Shown here: positions 38,342 to 48,598 of the stretch, in pieces
Numbering within the stretch: position 1 is the stretch's first letter
How the letters are laid out: each line of letters opens with the position of its first letter
Assembly: GCA_963836205.1 (NCBI GenBank)
Contig: CAWIIV010000008.1
Coordinates: forward strand, 32,001 to 96,000
DNA from: an uncultured Acidimicrobiia bacterium
Lineage (GTDB): Bacteria; Actinomycetota; Acidimicrobiia; Acidimicrobiales; AC-14
Length of the DNA stretch: 64,000 bases
Direction of reading: 5' to 3'
The notes under the pieces: generated by a model
What the model was told of the DNA's origin: nothing
Databases searched by the model: none
What the model saw: only the letters and a program-made list of their open reading frames with translations
Translations under genes and position numbers: made by a program

Positions 38342-38672
38342 CGAAGCCTCCGCTCGTCCGCCTTGGCCGTCTCCGCAACCGATCGTCGCGGCACCCACCA
38401 TGACGCCTCGCCCGGGGATCTGGTTGACACTGATTCCCGGATCGAATCGAGAAGAAGATCGGCGGATTCCTGTCAACGCGATCGCCATCCTGGGCGTCTG
38501 GCCCTGCATGTGGTCCCGGATCCAAGGCCCGTGCGGCCCCAGCTACGCTGGCGTCGCCCTCGACCAAGGCGACGACGGGTGTGCGCCGACCCTCTCGCTC
38601 GTCGACGGGCGGCCGGGGAGCAACTTCTCAGGCGCTGAGGCGGGCGGTGGTGTCGAGGCGGAGGAGTCGGCG

Positions 38673-39191
38673 GTGGGGCTTGGCCAAGCAGCGTGCTGGA
38701 GCCGTGAGGAGTTCTGGGTCGTGCTCTCCGACCTGCACCGTCTCCACTATCACTCCCTCGTTCGCCTCGCCGCCCTGTACCTCGACGACGCCGGCGAGGA
38801 CGCGGTGCAGGAGGCCTTTGTTCGGGTGTCGCTGCAATGGGACCGCATCCGGAACGCCGACAAAGTCCTCGTCTACGTCCGGCGGGCGGTCCTCAACAAC
38901 GCCAAGTCCGAGCTGCGGCACCGCATGACCGTCCGTCGCCACCCGCTGGCGGTGCCCCTGAGCGCCCCCGCCAGCGAGGACGTGGCTTTGAGTCATCTCG
39001 CCGAGGAGGCGATCGTCGTCCGTCTGCGGCAGCTCCCGGCCCGCCAGGCCGCCTGCGTCGGGCTCCGGTTCTATCTCGACCTGTCGGAGAAGGAGACGGC
39101 CGAGGTGCTCAAGATATCGGCCGGATCGGTCAAGCAGCACACGAGCAGAGGAATGAGGAAGCTGAGGCCCATGCTGGGGGGCACGGAATGA
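38673..39191 (+). CDS. ECF RNA polymerase sigma factor (SigE family)
   Basis: LVRLAAL, EDAVQEAF, YVRRAVLN, LPARQ..LRFYLDLSEKETAEVLKISAGSVK; GGAGG RBS before the GTG at 38673. Confidence 0.9.
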   Translation: MGLGQAACWSREEFWVVLSDLHRLHYHSLVRLAALYLDDAGEDAVQEAFVRVSLQWDRIRNADKVLVYVRRAVLNNAKSELRHRMTVRRHPLAVPLSAPASEDVALSHLAEEAIVVRLRQLPARQAACVGLRFYLDLSEKETAEVLKISAGSVKQHTSRGMRKLRPMLGGTE

Positions 39192-40255
39192 CTGATGACT
39201 ACTTCGGCGACGACGAGCGTCTCCGCCGGGCACTGCACGGCTACGCCGGTCGGTTCCAGCCGATACAGGACGAGTGGGCCAGGATCGAAGGACGCAGCGC
39301 GGCTGTGAGGCCGCGTTCGAAGCCTCGCCGAAGTTTGATCTCGCTCACCGGCACGGTCGCGGTGGCCGCCGTCGTGGTCCTGTTGGCGGGCATCCTGGCC
39401 CGATCCCCAGACGTGCGAGTGTCGGTGGCCGGGACCTTCGTCGAACCCGATCGACCCCAGTATGCCGGGCTTGCCCAAGCGCCCAGCTTCGCCCCGGGAT
39501 CGACGATGGCCGACATCCAGGGCCGAGGTTTCATCCGGGTCGGGATCAAGTTCGACCAGCTCTACTTCGGCAAGCTCGACCCGGGCACGGGCAAGGTGCA
39601 GGGCTTCGACGCCGAGATCGCCAAGCTGGTTGCGGTGGGCATCTTCGGGGGGACGGTGAGCGACATCGAGGACCGGATCCACTGGGTCGAAGCCGTGAGC
39701 CGGAATCGGGAGTCGTTGCTCGAGGACGGCGCCGTCGACATCGTGGTGGCGACGTACAGCATCACCGTGGCCCGCCAGGAGAAGGTGAGCTTCGCCGGCC
39801 CGTATTACAGCTCGACCCAGGACATCATGGTCAGAGGCGACGATGCATCGATCGCCGGGGTCGACGACCTGGCCGGCAGGAAGGTGTGCACAGCCCAAGG
39901 CTCGACCTCCTACCAGAACCTCGTCACCCACAGCCCCGCGGCGCTGGCGGTGGTGCGCGACACCTACTCCGAGTGCGCCCAGGCCCTTTCCGACGGAGAC
40001 GTCGACGCGGTCACCACCGATCAGGCCATCCTCGCCGGCTACCTGCACCAGGGCGGGGGGACGTTCAAGCTCCTCGGCCGCCCGTTCGCCCCTGAGGAGC
40101 TCTACGGCATCGGTCTGCACAAGGGCGACGAAATGTTCCGCACCTTCCTCAACCAGCGCCTGATCGCCATCGTCGCCAACGGCGACTGGAGCCAGGCGGC
40201 CCGCGACTCGATCTCGAACCTGGAGCCGCTGCCACCGCTCATCGCGCATCCGTAG
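39188..40255 (+). CDS. Anti-sigma-like membrane protein fused to a glutamate-type solute-binding domain
   Basis: ATGA overlap with the sigma gene; N-terminal ERLRRALH..W..I, one TM helix, then GIKFDQ, GFDAEIA, VDIVVATYSIT..R, FAGPY, VDAVTTD; no lipobox. Confidence 0.85.
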   Translation: MTDDYFGDDERLRRALHGYAGRFQPIQDEWARIEGRSAAVRPRSKPRRSLISLTGTVAVAAVVVLLAGILARSPDVRVSVAGTFVEPDRPQYAGLAQAPSFAPGSTMADIQGRGFIRVGIKFDQLYFGKLDPGTGKVQGFDAEIAKLVAVGIFGGTVSDIEDRIHWVEAVSRNRESLLEDGAVDIVVATYSITVARQEKVSFAGPYYSSTQDIMVRGDDASIAGVDDLAGRKVCTAQGSTSYQNLVTHSPAALAVVRDTYSECAQALSDGDVDAVTTDQAILAGYLHQGGGTFKLLGRPFAPEELYGIGLHKGDEMFRTFLNQRLIAIVANGDWSQAARDSISNLEPLPPLIAHP

Positions 40256-40360
40256 AAGCTGCTGTCAACGCGATCGCATCGCCCGGCGTCGTGGGGAGCG
40301 ACGGTGCACACCAGCGACGACGGGCGCGATCGGGAGACCTTGAGCGGCGAGGAGCGGCAG

Positions 40361-41056
40361 ATGACAGGCAGGACCTCATCGATGCGGGTGGGCGCCGGGG
40401 TGGCAGTGATTCTGTCGCTGATCCTCGCCAGCTGCGCTGGTAGCGGCTCGACGATGCCGGCGGGCCAGAACTTCACTCCCGACCAGGTGTCTCGCTTTGT
40501 GATTGCCAAAGGCGACCTGCCGTCGGAGTTCAAGAACGTGAACTCAGATACGAGGCTCGTGCCGTGTGACTCCGGCTGGCTGGCGAACCGGGGCGCCCTG
40601 ACCGAGAACGCCGACGAGCTTGCCGTCAAGCAGAACTTGCTCGCTCTGGGGCCCCAGCGCTGTCAGGTGTCCCTTGACGAGAGACGGATCCGCGACACTG
40701 CCGGGGCCGTGGTCGGGGCGTCCGGCTTCCAGATCTTTGCCGTCGTTTTCCCGGACTCAAACGCGGCCTCGAAGGCTCTTCCGCTTTTCCGGGCGCAGTT
40801 CTCGGACCCGTACTTGGCCGAGTCCTACGCCGAGGAGGGCCAGACCCCCGGCGCGCCCGAGGATCTCCTCAACCCTGGACTCGGTGACGAGTCGACGCCC
40901 GGGATCAAGCGGGAACCCGCGCCCGGTCTCTCCCCTGATTACACCTACATCTGGCGCGTCCGCAACGTCGCCCTGGTGTTGGGCGGGGGCGCCGACTTGG
41001 GTGAGGAGGAGATCCTGAGGATGGCGATGAACATCTCAGCCAGAGCAGTGAAATAG
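40361..41056 (+). CDS. Hypothetical lipoprotein
   Basis: Lipobox LASC; open frame of about 231 aa. Confidence 0.7.
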   Translation: MTGRTSSMRVGAGVAVILSLILASCAGSGSTMPAGQNFTPDQVSRFVIAKGDLPSEFKNVNSDTRLVPCDSGWLANRGALTENADELAVKQNLLALGPQRCQVSLDERRIRDTAGAVVGASGFQIFAVVFPDSNAASKALPLFRAQFSDPYLAESYAEEGQTPGAPEDLLNPGLGDESTPGIKREPAPGLSPDYTYIWRVRNVALVLGGGADLGEEEILRMAMNISARAVK

Positions 41057-41201
41057 AGCTTCCCTGGTCGACGGACAGCGACCTCGCCCGTGCGGCCAAC
41101 ACGCGGGCGGGGGCACACAACCGCCTCTCTTCGGAATGCGGGGATAATCACCCTTATCCCCGAAACGATTCGCCGAGATCCTCCGGCAGCCGGTCCGACG
41201 G

Positions 41202-41240
41202 GGGGTCCCGGTAGTAACGGCGCAATAGACAACGTTCATG
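41202..41240 (+). mobile_element. Degenerate Tn3-family-like terminal inverted repeat
   Basis: GGGGTCCCGGTAGTAACGGCGCAATAGACAACGTTCATG, 55 bp past the resolvase stop; no partner IR seen. Confidence 0.5.
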
Positions 41241-41294
41241 ACCGATGCGTGTGCTGGCCCGCCGAGGCGCGGGGTGCCGTCCGACGTCGGACGG

Positions 41295-41869
41295 TCAGGT
41301 CCGTGGTTGCAGGTGTCGGTAGATCGTCGGACGGGTGACGCCGAACTCTTCGGCGATCTGCTGGACGGTGTGCGCTCGACGACCGTCGGGGCCCAGCTCC
41401 TCGTACACGCCCTGGGCGATCTTGGCCTGGCGGGCCGTGAGCTTCGGCTTCTGGCCGCCGGTGCGCCCGCGGGCTCGGGCGGCTTCGAGGCCGTCCCGCG
41501 TGCGCTCAGACATGAGGGCGTGCTCGAACTCGGCGATCGCCACCAGGATCTGGAAGAACATTCGCCCTACCGCAGTGGAGGTGTCGATGCCTTGGTCCAA
41601 ACGACCAAGTCGACGCCGCGAGCCTGAAGGTCTCTCGAAAGGGTGATCAGGTGCTCCAGCGAGCGGCCGAGGGGATCGAGTTTGGTGATCACCAGTTGGT
41701 CGCCGGCACGGGTCACGAGGAGCGCCTTGTCCAGTGCCGGGCGCGGCGGGCCAGCTTGCCACTGGCCTTGTCTACGACGATCTCCTCACAGCCGGGCAGC
41801 GGCAAGAGCGTCTCGCTGGCCGTCTGGGTTCTGGTCCCGTGTCGAGACCCTGCCGTAGCCGACCCGCAC
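41295..41869 (-). pseudogene. Serine recombinase (resolvase) pseudogene
   Basis: GYGRVSTRDQN, GDQLVITKLD.LGRS, IDTSTAVGRMFFQIL..AEFE..ERTRDGL..ARARGR.GG and a C-terminal HTH, split over several frames. Confidence 0.88.
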
Positions 41870-41875
41870 GCCGGA

Positions 41876-41997
41876 AATGTATCGCAAACGGGGAAGAGCG
41901 TTGCGTAGGCGAGTACCCGGCTCGCGTGACAACCACCACCTGCGACGATCCACCCTCACGTCGACGTGTACGCACACGATCGTTCGTGGACACGAGT
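41876..41997. promoter_or_regulatory. Candidate res site upstream of the resolvase
   Basis: Imperfect palindromes TATCGCAAACG...CGTTGCGTA and TGTACGCACACGATCGTTCGTGGACA. Confidence 0.45.
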
Positions 41998-42365
41998 CAA
42001 CTGGCAAGCGGGCGAGCCCAGGTCCCGACGCCAGCGACGGCGCGTAATCCAGCGGTCGAGCCGGGCCGTCGCAAAGTCACGCGCCAGGTTCGCCCCGAGC
42101 CTGCTCAGGTTCTCGCCTCGGAGACTGCCGAGTCGAGTGGACCAATCCTGGATGGCCGAGATCGTCAGCAACATGTCCTGGCGCCTCAGGGTGAAGCGGC
42201 GCAGGCTCGTCTCAACCCCGATGACGAACGTCCGACCGGAGCAGGCGGATCGTCCAGATCCCGAGACACAAGCTCACCCACCCAGGACCGTATGAGGACG
42301 CCTCGTTTGTCGGCGGGTTGAGACCGCCGCACCGGCCCGATGCCCTCGTGACCGAGCAGAGGAGC

Positions 42366-42872
42366 ATGGTGCAAGTCGTTTCCCACCCGCTCACCGGCGG
42401 CGACCAGGTCGTACCCCATCCGCCCGCCCGACGGCCCGGCGGGCGGCGACGGCTGGTCCTGACCGTCCTGGCCGTGGTTGCGTTCGTTGCTGCAGTGCTC
42501 GGGCTCGGACTGGACGGCCTGATCCCGTTCGGGGTGCTGCTCGCCTTCAGCGCCGATGCCGACGAGGAGGCAACCAGGCGGTCGGTCATCGTCACCCCCC
42601 GCAATCTCGGGCTGGCAACTGCCATGTCGGCGGCGTTGGCCTGGTTCTCGCTCTCGTACTTCGACCTTACGATGTCGACCCTCATGGTGATCGCCGGGGT
42701 GGCGATGGCCCTGCCGCTTGCGCTCCAGGAGTCCACGGGCGATGCCACGCGTGAGAGCACCGTCGCCGTCACCAAGCGCAGCCACATCCTGGCCGTCTGG
42801 GGGCTGGTGATCTCCGTCACCTCTACCACCCGAGGGGGGAGAGCCTCAGCGGACTGGCGGCGGTGTGCCTGA
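42366..42872 (+). pseudogene. Fragment of a multi-TM membrane protein
   Basis: Hydrophobic ORF that drifts out of frame near 42830 and is then replaced by toxin-like sequence. Confidence 0.35.
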
Positions 42873-43003
42873 TCCTGCCCTGGCACTGGCGGCGTCGCGG
42901 GCGTGGGGCGCCCGACGGGGGCGGATCGAGTTCGGGCTGCTCCGGCACCCGCTGCACCGGGAGGTGCAGCCCCACCTGCTCCAGGTCCTGAACGTCTGGC
43001 CCG

Positions 43004-43585
43004 GTCACCGCCGCTCCTTCGACCGACCACGTCGTCGAGGACGTTGCGGACCGTTTCGACACCGTCCTCGAAACACTGGAAGCGCTCGATGACCGGTCGA
43101 CCGCCCGACTGGCGGCCGGGAAGCTCATCCTCGGCGAGCTCGGCGGGATCGAGACCGGTGTTCGCCAGATGGTCCGGCGGCGGCCGCTGGAGGTCGAGGA
43201 GGTTGCCGTCGGCGAACGGGTGCTGCGGGTGCCGACGCTCGCTGAGATCTTGAGGATCAAGGCCTGGCTGGTCGTCTGCAATCAGACCCGCGATTACCTC
43301 GACGCCGCTGCACTGTCGGACCGAATCGGCATCGGGCTCGCGGGTCGCATCCTCGCTCGTGTGGACGACTACTACGCCGAGGTGAACAGGCGACCGGAGA
43401 CCGTCGCCACCCAGGTCGCCCGCCAGTTCGCCGACCCCGCGCCCAGGGACTCGTCGGTGACGCGGCGGCCCAGCTCCTACCAGCGCCTCGACGCCCGCTG
43501 GCACGACTGGGGCACCGTCGTGGAGACCTTGCGGGCCGTGGCGATGTCCATGATCGACACAGTCGACGGGGAGACCGAGCGATGA
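43004..43585 (+). pseudogene. AbiEii-like nucleotidyltransferase toxin, 5'-truncated and frameshifted
   Basis: GHRRSFD / DHVVEDVADRFDTVLE..ILGELGGIETGVRQ..VPTLAEILRIKA..RDYLD; lacks the N-terminal GG motif. Confidence 0.6.
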
Positions 43586-44093
43586 GCATCTCCTTCCGCA
43601 ACGTTGACGTCGACCAGAGCGCCCCCCTCGGCACCTGGCCGCCAGAAGCGATTGAGATCCTCGTCGACCGCGGCAACCTGTCGGATTGGCGGCGGATTGC
43701 CGCCGCGCGCTGGCCGAGGACCCGTGGGGCCCGCTGGCCCGCACCGTCGAGGAGATCGTCGGGCTCGACAGCCACTACGGCGTCGACCGGCTCCTGGAGC
43801 GGGTCCTGCAGCAGGAACGTGAGCGGAAAACCCTTGCCGGTCGTCGCCGCTATGCCGAGCGACTCCGGAACCTGCGCCGGTCAGCAGGCTTGTCGATGCG
43901 CGAGCTGGCCGCCGCAGCAGGGACCTCCGCGGCGCGGATCTCCGACTACGAGAACGCACGGGTTGCACCGACCACCGACGTCCTCGCCCGGCTGGAGGGC
44001 GTGCTGGAACGCCTGAAGGCGGGCCCGAACGCGCAACCCTCGCCTCCGCAAGGCTCGCGCCGCGCCGGAGGCGGCGCGACACCATCCGCGTGA
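43582..44093 (+). pseudogene. XRE-family HTH protein (putative antitoxin), frameshift near 43708
   Basis: ATGA overlap; FRNVDV..WP.E..DRGNLSDWRRIA / DPWG..LRRSAGLSMRELAAAAGTSAARISDYEN. Confidence 0.7.
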
Positions 44094-44211
44094 GGCTCTC
44101 GCCCCCCGAGGTCATCCTCGCCGAGCTCTACGGCATCGAGTTCGACATGGGGGCGAGGCCAATGACGACTGCACGGGGGTCGTTCGCCCGTCGCCTCGCC
44201 GACCCGGTCGG

Positions 44212-45470
44212 CTACTCGGTCGCCCGGCCGAACACGAGGGCGACGTTGTGGCCGCCGAAGCCGAAGCTGTTCGACATCGCCACCGATATCGGCGCCCGCC
44301 GGGCCCCGCCCCGCACGTGGTCGAGGGCACAGTCGTCGGTCGGGGTCGTCGAGGTTCGCGGTCGGGGGCAGACAGTCCGGTGAGCAGGGCGTTGACGCAC
44401 GCGATCGCCTCGATGGCGCCGGCCGCGCCGAGCAGATGGCCGGTCACCGACTTGGTCGACGACACCGGCACGTCGACACCGAGGACGGCCCGGATGGCGA
44501 GCGCCTCGGTGCGGTCGTTGAGCTCGGTCGACGTGCCGTGGGCGTTGACGTACCCGACGTCGGCGGCCTCGATCCCGGCGTCGGCGATGGCCGACCGCAT
44601 GGCGGCGATGGCGCCGCCGCCATCGGGCCGGGGCGCGGTGATGTGGTGGGCGTCACCGCTGGCGCCGACCCCGAGCACCTCGGCCAGGATCGTCGCGCCA
44701 CGCGCCACCGCGTGATCGAGGTCCTCCAGCACCAGCGCGGCCGCCCCCTCACCGACGACGAACCCGTCGCGTCCCCGGTCGAACGGCCGGGACGCCCGCT
44801 CGGGATCGTCGTTGCGCTGCGAGAGGGCCTGCATCTGGGCGAATCCGGCGATCCCGATCGGCGTCACGCTCGCCTCGGCCCCGCCCGCGACCACGATGTC
44901 GGCTCGCCCCCGCCGCACGGACTCCAGGGCGTCGCCGATGGCGTTGGCCGAGGCCGCGCACGCGGTCACGGTGCAGGAGATGGGGCCTCGGGCCCCGATG
45001 TCGATCGCGATCTGCGCCGCCGCCATGTTGGGGATCATCATGGGCAGCATGAACGGGCTCACCCGGCTCGGGCCCCGGGCGCCCATCACCCGCACCCCCT
45101 CCTCGATTGTGGCCAGGCCGCCCAGTCCCGAGCCGAACACCACTCCGACCCGTTCCGGCTCCGCCCGGACGTCGAGCCCGCTGTCGGCGATGGCCTGGCG
45201 GGCGGCGACCACGGCCAGCTGCGCGAACCGGTCGAGGCGGCGGGCATCCTTCCGCCCAAAATGAATCTCCGGCTCGAACCCCTTGACCTCGGCCGCGATT
45301 CGCACCGCCAGCCCGCGGGCATCGAAGAGGGTGATCGGCCCGACTCCCGAACGGCCAGCGACCATCGCCGCCCAGGCCGACGCCACGTCGGGCCCCAGCG
45401 GCGTGATCGCGCCCATGCCGGTCACGACCACCCGGCGGTCGGGCCGGGCCACACGGGCGGCACGGGTCAC
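44212..45470 (-). pseudogene. fabF: Beta-ketoacyl-ACP synthase II with frameshifts near the 3' end (about 44340-44375)
   Basis: [51 protein letters not shown]; [10 protein letters not shown] is in another frame. Confidence 0.85.
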
Positions 45471-45475
45471 CGGCG

Positions 45476-47086
45476 GTGATCCCCGACGCCGACCTCATGG
45501 GCCCGGTCACGCGTGAGCCGTGGCTGGGGGCGGAGGTGCTGAGTTACCCGAACCGGCCCCGGACGATCCTCGACGCGCTCGACCGGGCCGTGCGGCTGTT
45601 CCCCGACCGGACCTACCTGGTCGCGGTCGAAGGCACCGTCACCTACCGGGAGTTCGCCGAGCTGGTGGAGGGGGCATCCGAGCGGCTGGTCGAGGAAGGC
45701 CTGGGCGTCGGCGACCGGTTGGCGGTGGCGGCCCGCAACGGACTCGACCTGGCGGTGGCCCTGTGGGCCTGCGCCCGGACCGGCGTCGTGCTCGTCGGGC
45801 TGAACATCCGGCTGGCGCCGCCGCAGTGGGGCTACATGCTGGAGCACTCCGGCGCCACGCTGGCGCTGGCCCAGCCCGAGTTCCTCGCGTCGCTGCGGGA
45901 GGTGGCCGGAGGCACCAGCCTCCCCGGTCTGCCCGGCGACCGGGTCCGGCCCATCGGCGACCACCTCACGGGCCGGCGCCGGCCCTGGAGCTACGACCCG
46001 TCGCAGCGGCCCGACGAGTCGAGCACCTACGCGGTCGTCTACACCAGCGGCACGACCGGCCGACCCAAGGCCAGCCAGGTCGTGCACCGCTGCAGCATGC
46101 ACAGCGGGATCACCTACAGCCGGGTCCTCCACCTCACCTCCGAGGACCGTTCCGCGGTGCTGTTCCCGCTGTATTACATCAGCGCCATGCACGCCCACCT
46201 CCTCCCGATCATGCTGGTGGGCGGGACGTGCGTGGTCGTGTCCTCGGTCACCCCGGCGGAGTTCGTGACGGTCCTGGCCGAGCACGCCATCACCTGGGCC
46301 TACGCGGTGCCGTCGTTCTGGCTCATGCTGCTCCGGGTGCCCGAGTTCGGCTGGCCGGCCCTGGCCGACCTGACCGTGGGCGCCTTCGGCGGGGCGCCGT
46401 TCCCCCTGTCGGCCCTGCCCGAGCTCCGACGGCGGATGCCGCAGACCCGGTGGCACGACATCTACGGCCTCTCCGAGACCCACTCGCCGGCGACGATGCT
46501 CATGGACGAGGAGTTCCGCCGGAAGCCGGGCTCGGTGGGCCGGCCCCTGCCCTGCATGGAGGCGGAGGTGGTCGACGAGGTCGGGGCGCCGCTCGGTGCC
46601 GGCGAGGCCGGTGAGCTGTGGCTCCGGGGCTCGCTGGTGACGACCGGCTACTTCCAGGACCCCGAGGCGACGGCGGCGGCCATGGCCCCCGGGGGCTGGT
46701 TCCGTACGGGGGACATCGCCCGCATCGACACCGAGGGCTACGTCTACATCCTCGACCGCAAGAAGGACATGATCACCCGGGGAGGCAACAAGATCTTCTC
46801 GGCGGAGATCGAACAGCTCCTGCTGGCCCACCCCGACATCGTCGACGCGGCCGTGGTCGGCGTCCCCGACCCGCTCGCGTTCGAGGCGGTGGCGGCGTAC
46901 GTCGTCGCTCGTCCCGACGCCGACATGAACGCGACGGTGGTGCAGCAGTGGGTCCGGACCGGCATGGCCGACTACGCCGCACCCCGATTCGTCCATCTGG
47001 TCGACGAGATCCCCCGCAACTCGATCGGCAAGGTCGACAAGCCCCACCTCCGGAAACTGGCGGCGGAAGCGGCCGCCCGACGCTGA
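45476..47086 (+). CDS. Acyl-CoA synthetase (class I adenylate-forming enzyme)
   Basis: YTSGTTGRPK, YGLSET, GWFRTGD, DRKKDMITRGG, PRNSIGKVDK. Confidence 0.93.
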   Translation: MIPDADLMGPVTREPWLGAEVLSYPNRPRTILDALDRAVRLFPDRTYLVAVEGTVTYREFAELVEGASERLVEEGLGVGDRLAVAARNGLDLAVALWACARTGVVLVGLNIRLAPPQWGYMLEHSGATLALAQPEFLASLREVAGGTSLPGLPGDRVRPIGDHLTGRRRPWSYDPSQRPDESSTYAVVYTSGTTGRPKASQVVHRCSMHSGITYSRVLHLTSEDRSAVLFPLYYISAMHAHLLPIMLVGGTCVVVSSVTPAEFVTVLAEHAITWAYAVPSFWLMLLRVPEFGWPALADLTVGAFGGAPFPLSALPELRRRMPQTRWHDIYGLSETHSPATMLMDEEFRRKPGSVGRPLPCMEAEVVDEVGAPLGAGEAGELWLRGSLVTTGYFQDPEATAAAMAPGGWFRTGDIARIDTEGYVYILDRKKDMITRGGNKIFSAEIEQLLLAHPDIVDAAVVGVPDPLAFEAVAAYVVARPDADMNATVVQQWVRTGMADYAAPRFVHLVDEIPRNSIGKVDKPHLRKLAAEAAARR

Positions 47087-47097
47087 CCGTCGATGCG

Positions 47098-47841
47098 TCA
47101 CCGACCGGCGACGAGGGATGCGGCGGCCCCGCAACAGGCAGACGACGAAGTCCGGGGGTGGCGTTCGTCCAGCTCCACCAGCCGCATCCACCCGAGGACC
47201 CGGAGCAGGGGCCAGATCGGATCGAGGGGACCGGTGCGGGCGGCCGCTGGGTGGGCGTGGTGGGAGTTGTGGTAGCCGTGGCCGAGCAGAGGGATGGCGA
47301 GCCAGGCCAGGTCGTATCCGGGGACGTCGGGATGCGTCTGCCGACCGTAGAGGTGCCCGACCGCGTTGACCATCCCCATGACGCCCAGATAGAAGACGAG
47401 GTGCACGACGACCATGATCAGCAGCTGCACCGGTCCGAACACGACCCCGTAGAAGACGAACAGCAGGCCGCGGATGACAGGAACCCTCCTCCGCGACGGT
47501 GTGCCGGGCTGCACCCGCTGCTTCGCCTGGAGGAACAGGTACGAGGAGCCGGCCAGGACCGTCAGCGGTCGGCGCTGCACGGGCGAATGAGGATCGAGCG
47601 GCGTGTCCGCGTAGCGGTGGTGGACCCGGTGCACGGCGGCCCACGTCTCGGGGTCGGTCATCACGATGACCCGGAAGTAGGTGTCGAAGAACGAAGCCAG
47701 GCGGGTATGCACGCCGAAGGCCCGGTGGGCCAGGCAGCGGTGGCAGTAGACCTCGGTGACGACGGCGGTGAGAAGAGCCGAGCACAGGCCGATGACCACA
47801 CCGATGGGCACACCGGCGATATCAGTATCCGCCCAGACCAT
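47098..47841 (-). CDS. Membrane fatty acid desaturase (delta-9-like)
   Basis: His boxes HRCLAH, HRVHH, HNSHH; DPHSP; NAVGH. Confidence 0.88.
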   Translation of the reverse strand: MVWADTDIAGVPIGVVIGLCSALLTAVVTEVYCHRCLAHRAFGVHTRLASFFDTYFRVIVMTDPETWAAVHRVHHRYADTPLDPHSPVQRRPLTVLAGSSYLFLQAKQRVQPGTPSRRRVPVIRGLLFVFYGVVFGPVQLLIMVVVHLVFYLGVMGMVNAVGHLYGRQTHPDVPGYDLAWLAIPLLGHGYHNSHHAHPAAARTGPLDPIWPLLRVLGWMRLVELDERHPRTSSSACCGAAASLVAGR

Positions 47842-47845
47842 CGGG

Positions 47846-48598
47846 CTAGGCGGCCAGGACCGCGTCGAGCACGCTGGCCTTGAGCTGGACGAAGACGGGA
47901 TCGGTGAGCGTGTGGCGGCCCCGATCCTCGCCGAAGGAGAGCTCGCGCTCGCTCACCACCCGGGCCGGCCGGGCCGAGAGCAGGCCCAGCCGGTCGCCGA
48001 GCAGGAGCGCCTCGTCGACGTCATGGGTGACGAGGACGGTGGTGGTGGGCCGTTCGACGAGCAGGCCCCGCACCCACTCGTGCATGCGCAGGCGGGTCTG
48101 GGCGTCGAGGGCGCCGAAGGGTTCGTCGAGCAGGAGCACCGGCGGCTGGTTGGCGAGCACCTGGGCCAGCGACGCCCGCTGGCGCATGCCCCCGGAGAGC
48201 TGGCGGGGCAGGGCGTCGGCGAAGTCGGCCAGGCCGGTGACCTCCAGCAGGTCGGCGACGAGGCGGTCGACACCGTCGACCCCACGGTCCCGCGGGCCGA
48301 AGCCGACGTTCTGCCGGACGGTGAGCCACGGGAAAAGGGTGCCGGCCTGGGCGACCATCCCCCGCAAGGGCGACGGACCCTCCACCGGCCGGCCGTCGAC
48401 GGTGACCGTCCCCGCGTCGAACGCCTCCAGGCCGGCGAGGATGCGCAGGAGGGTCGACTTCCCGCACCCGCTGGGCCCCAGGAGGGCCAGGGTCTGCCCG
48501 GCCGACACGTCGAGGTCGACACCGTCGAGGACCAGCAGGTCGCCGAACGACTTCGTCAGGCCGCGGGCGACGAGGAGGCCGGGACCGTGATCGTTCAC
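47846..48598 (-). CDS. ABC transporter ATP-binding protein (NitT/TauT family)
   Basis: GPSGCGKS, LSGGMRQR, LLLDEPFGALDAQTR. Confidence 0.93.
   Translation of the reverse strand: MNDHGPGLLVARGLTKSFGDLLVLDGVDLDVSAGQTLALLGPSGCGKSTLLRILAGLEAFDAGTVTVDGRPVEGPSPLRGMVAQAGTLFPWLTVRQNVGFGPRDRGVDGVDRLVADLLEVTGLADFADALPRQLSGGMRQRASLAQVLANQPPVLLLDEPFGALDAQTRLRMHEWVRGLLVERPTTTVLVTHDVDEALLLGDRLGLLSARPARVVSERELSFGEDRGRHTLTDPVFVQLKASVLDAVLAA

Noticed and set aside
40097-44138. 16-nt match GAGCTCTACGGCATCG at 40097 and 44123 as a possible island boundary
   Set aside because: One copy is inside a coding region with common codons (ELYGI); chance is plausible and nothing else supports it.
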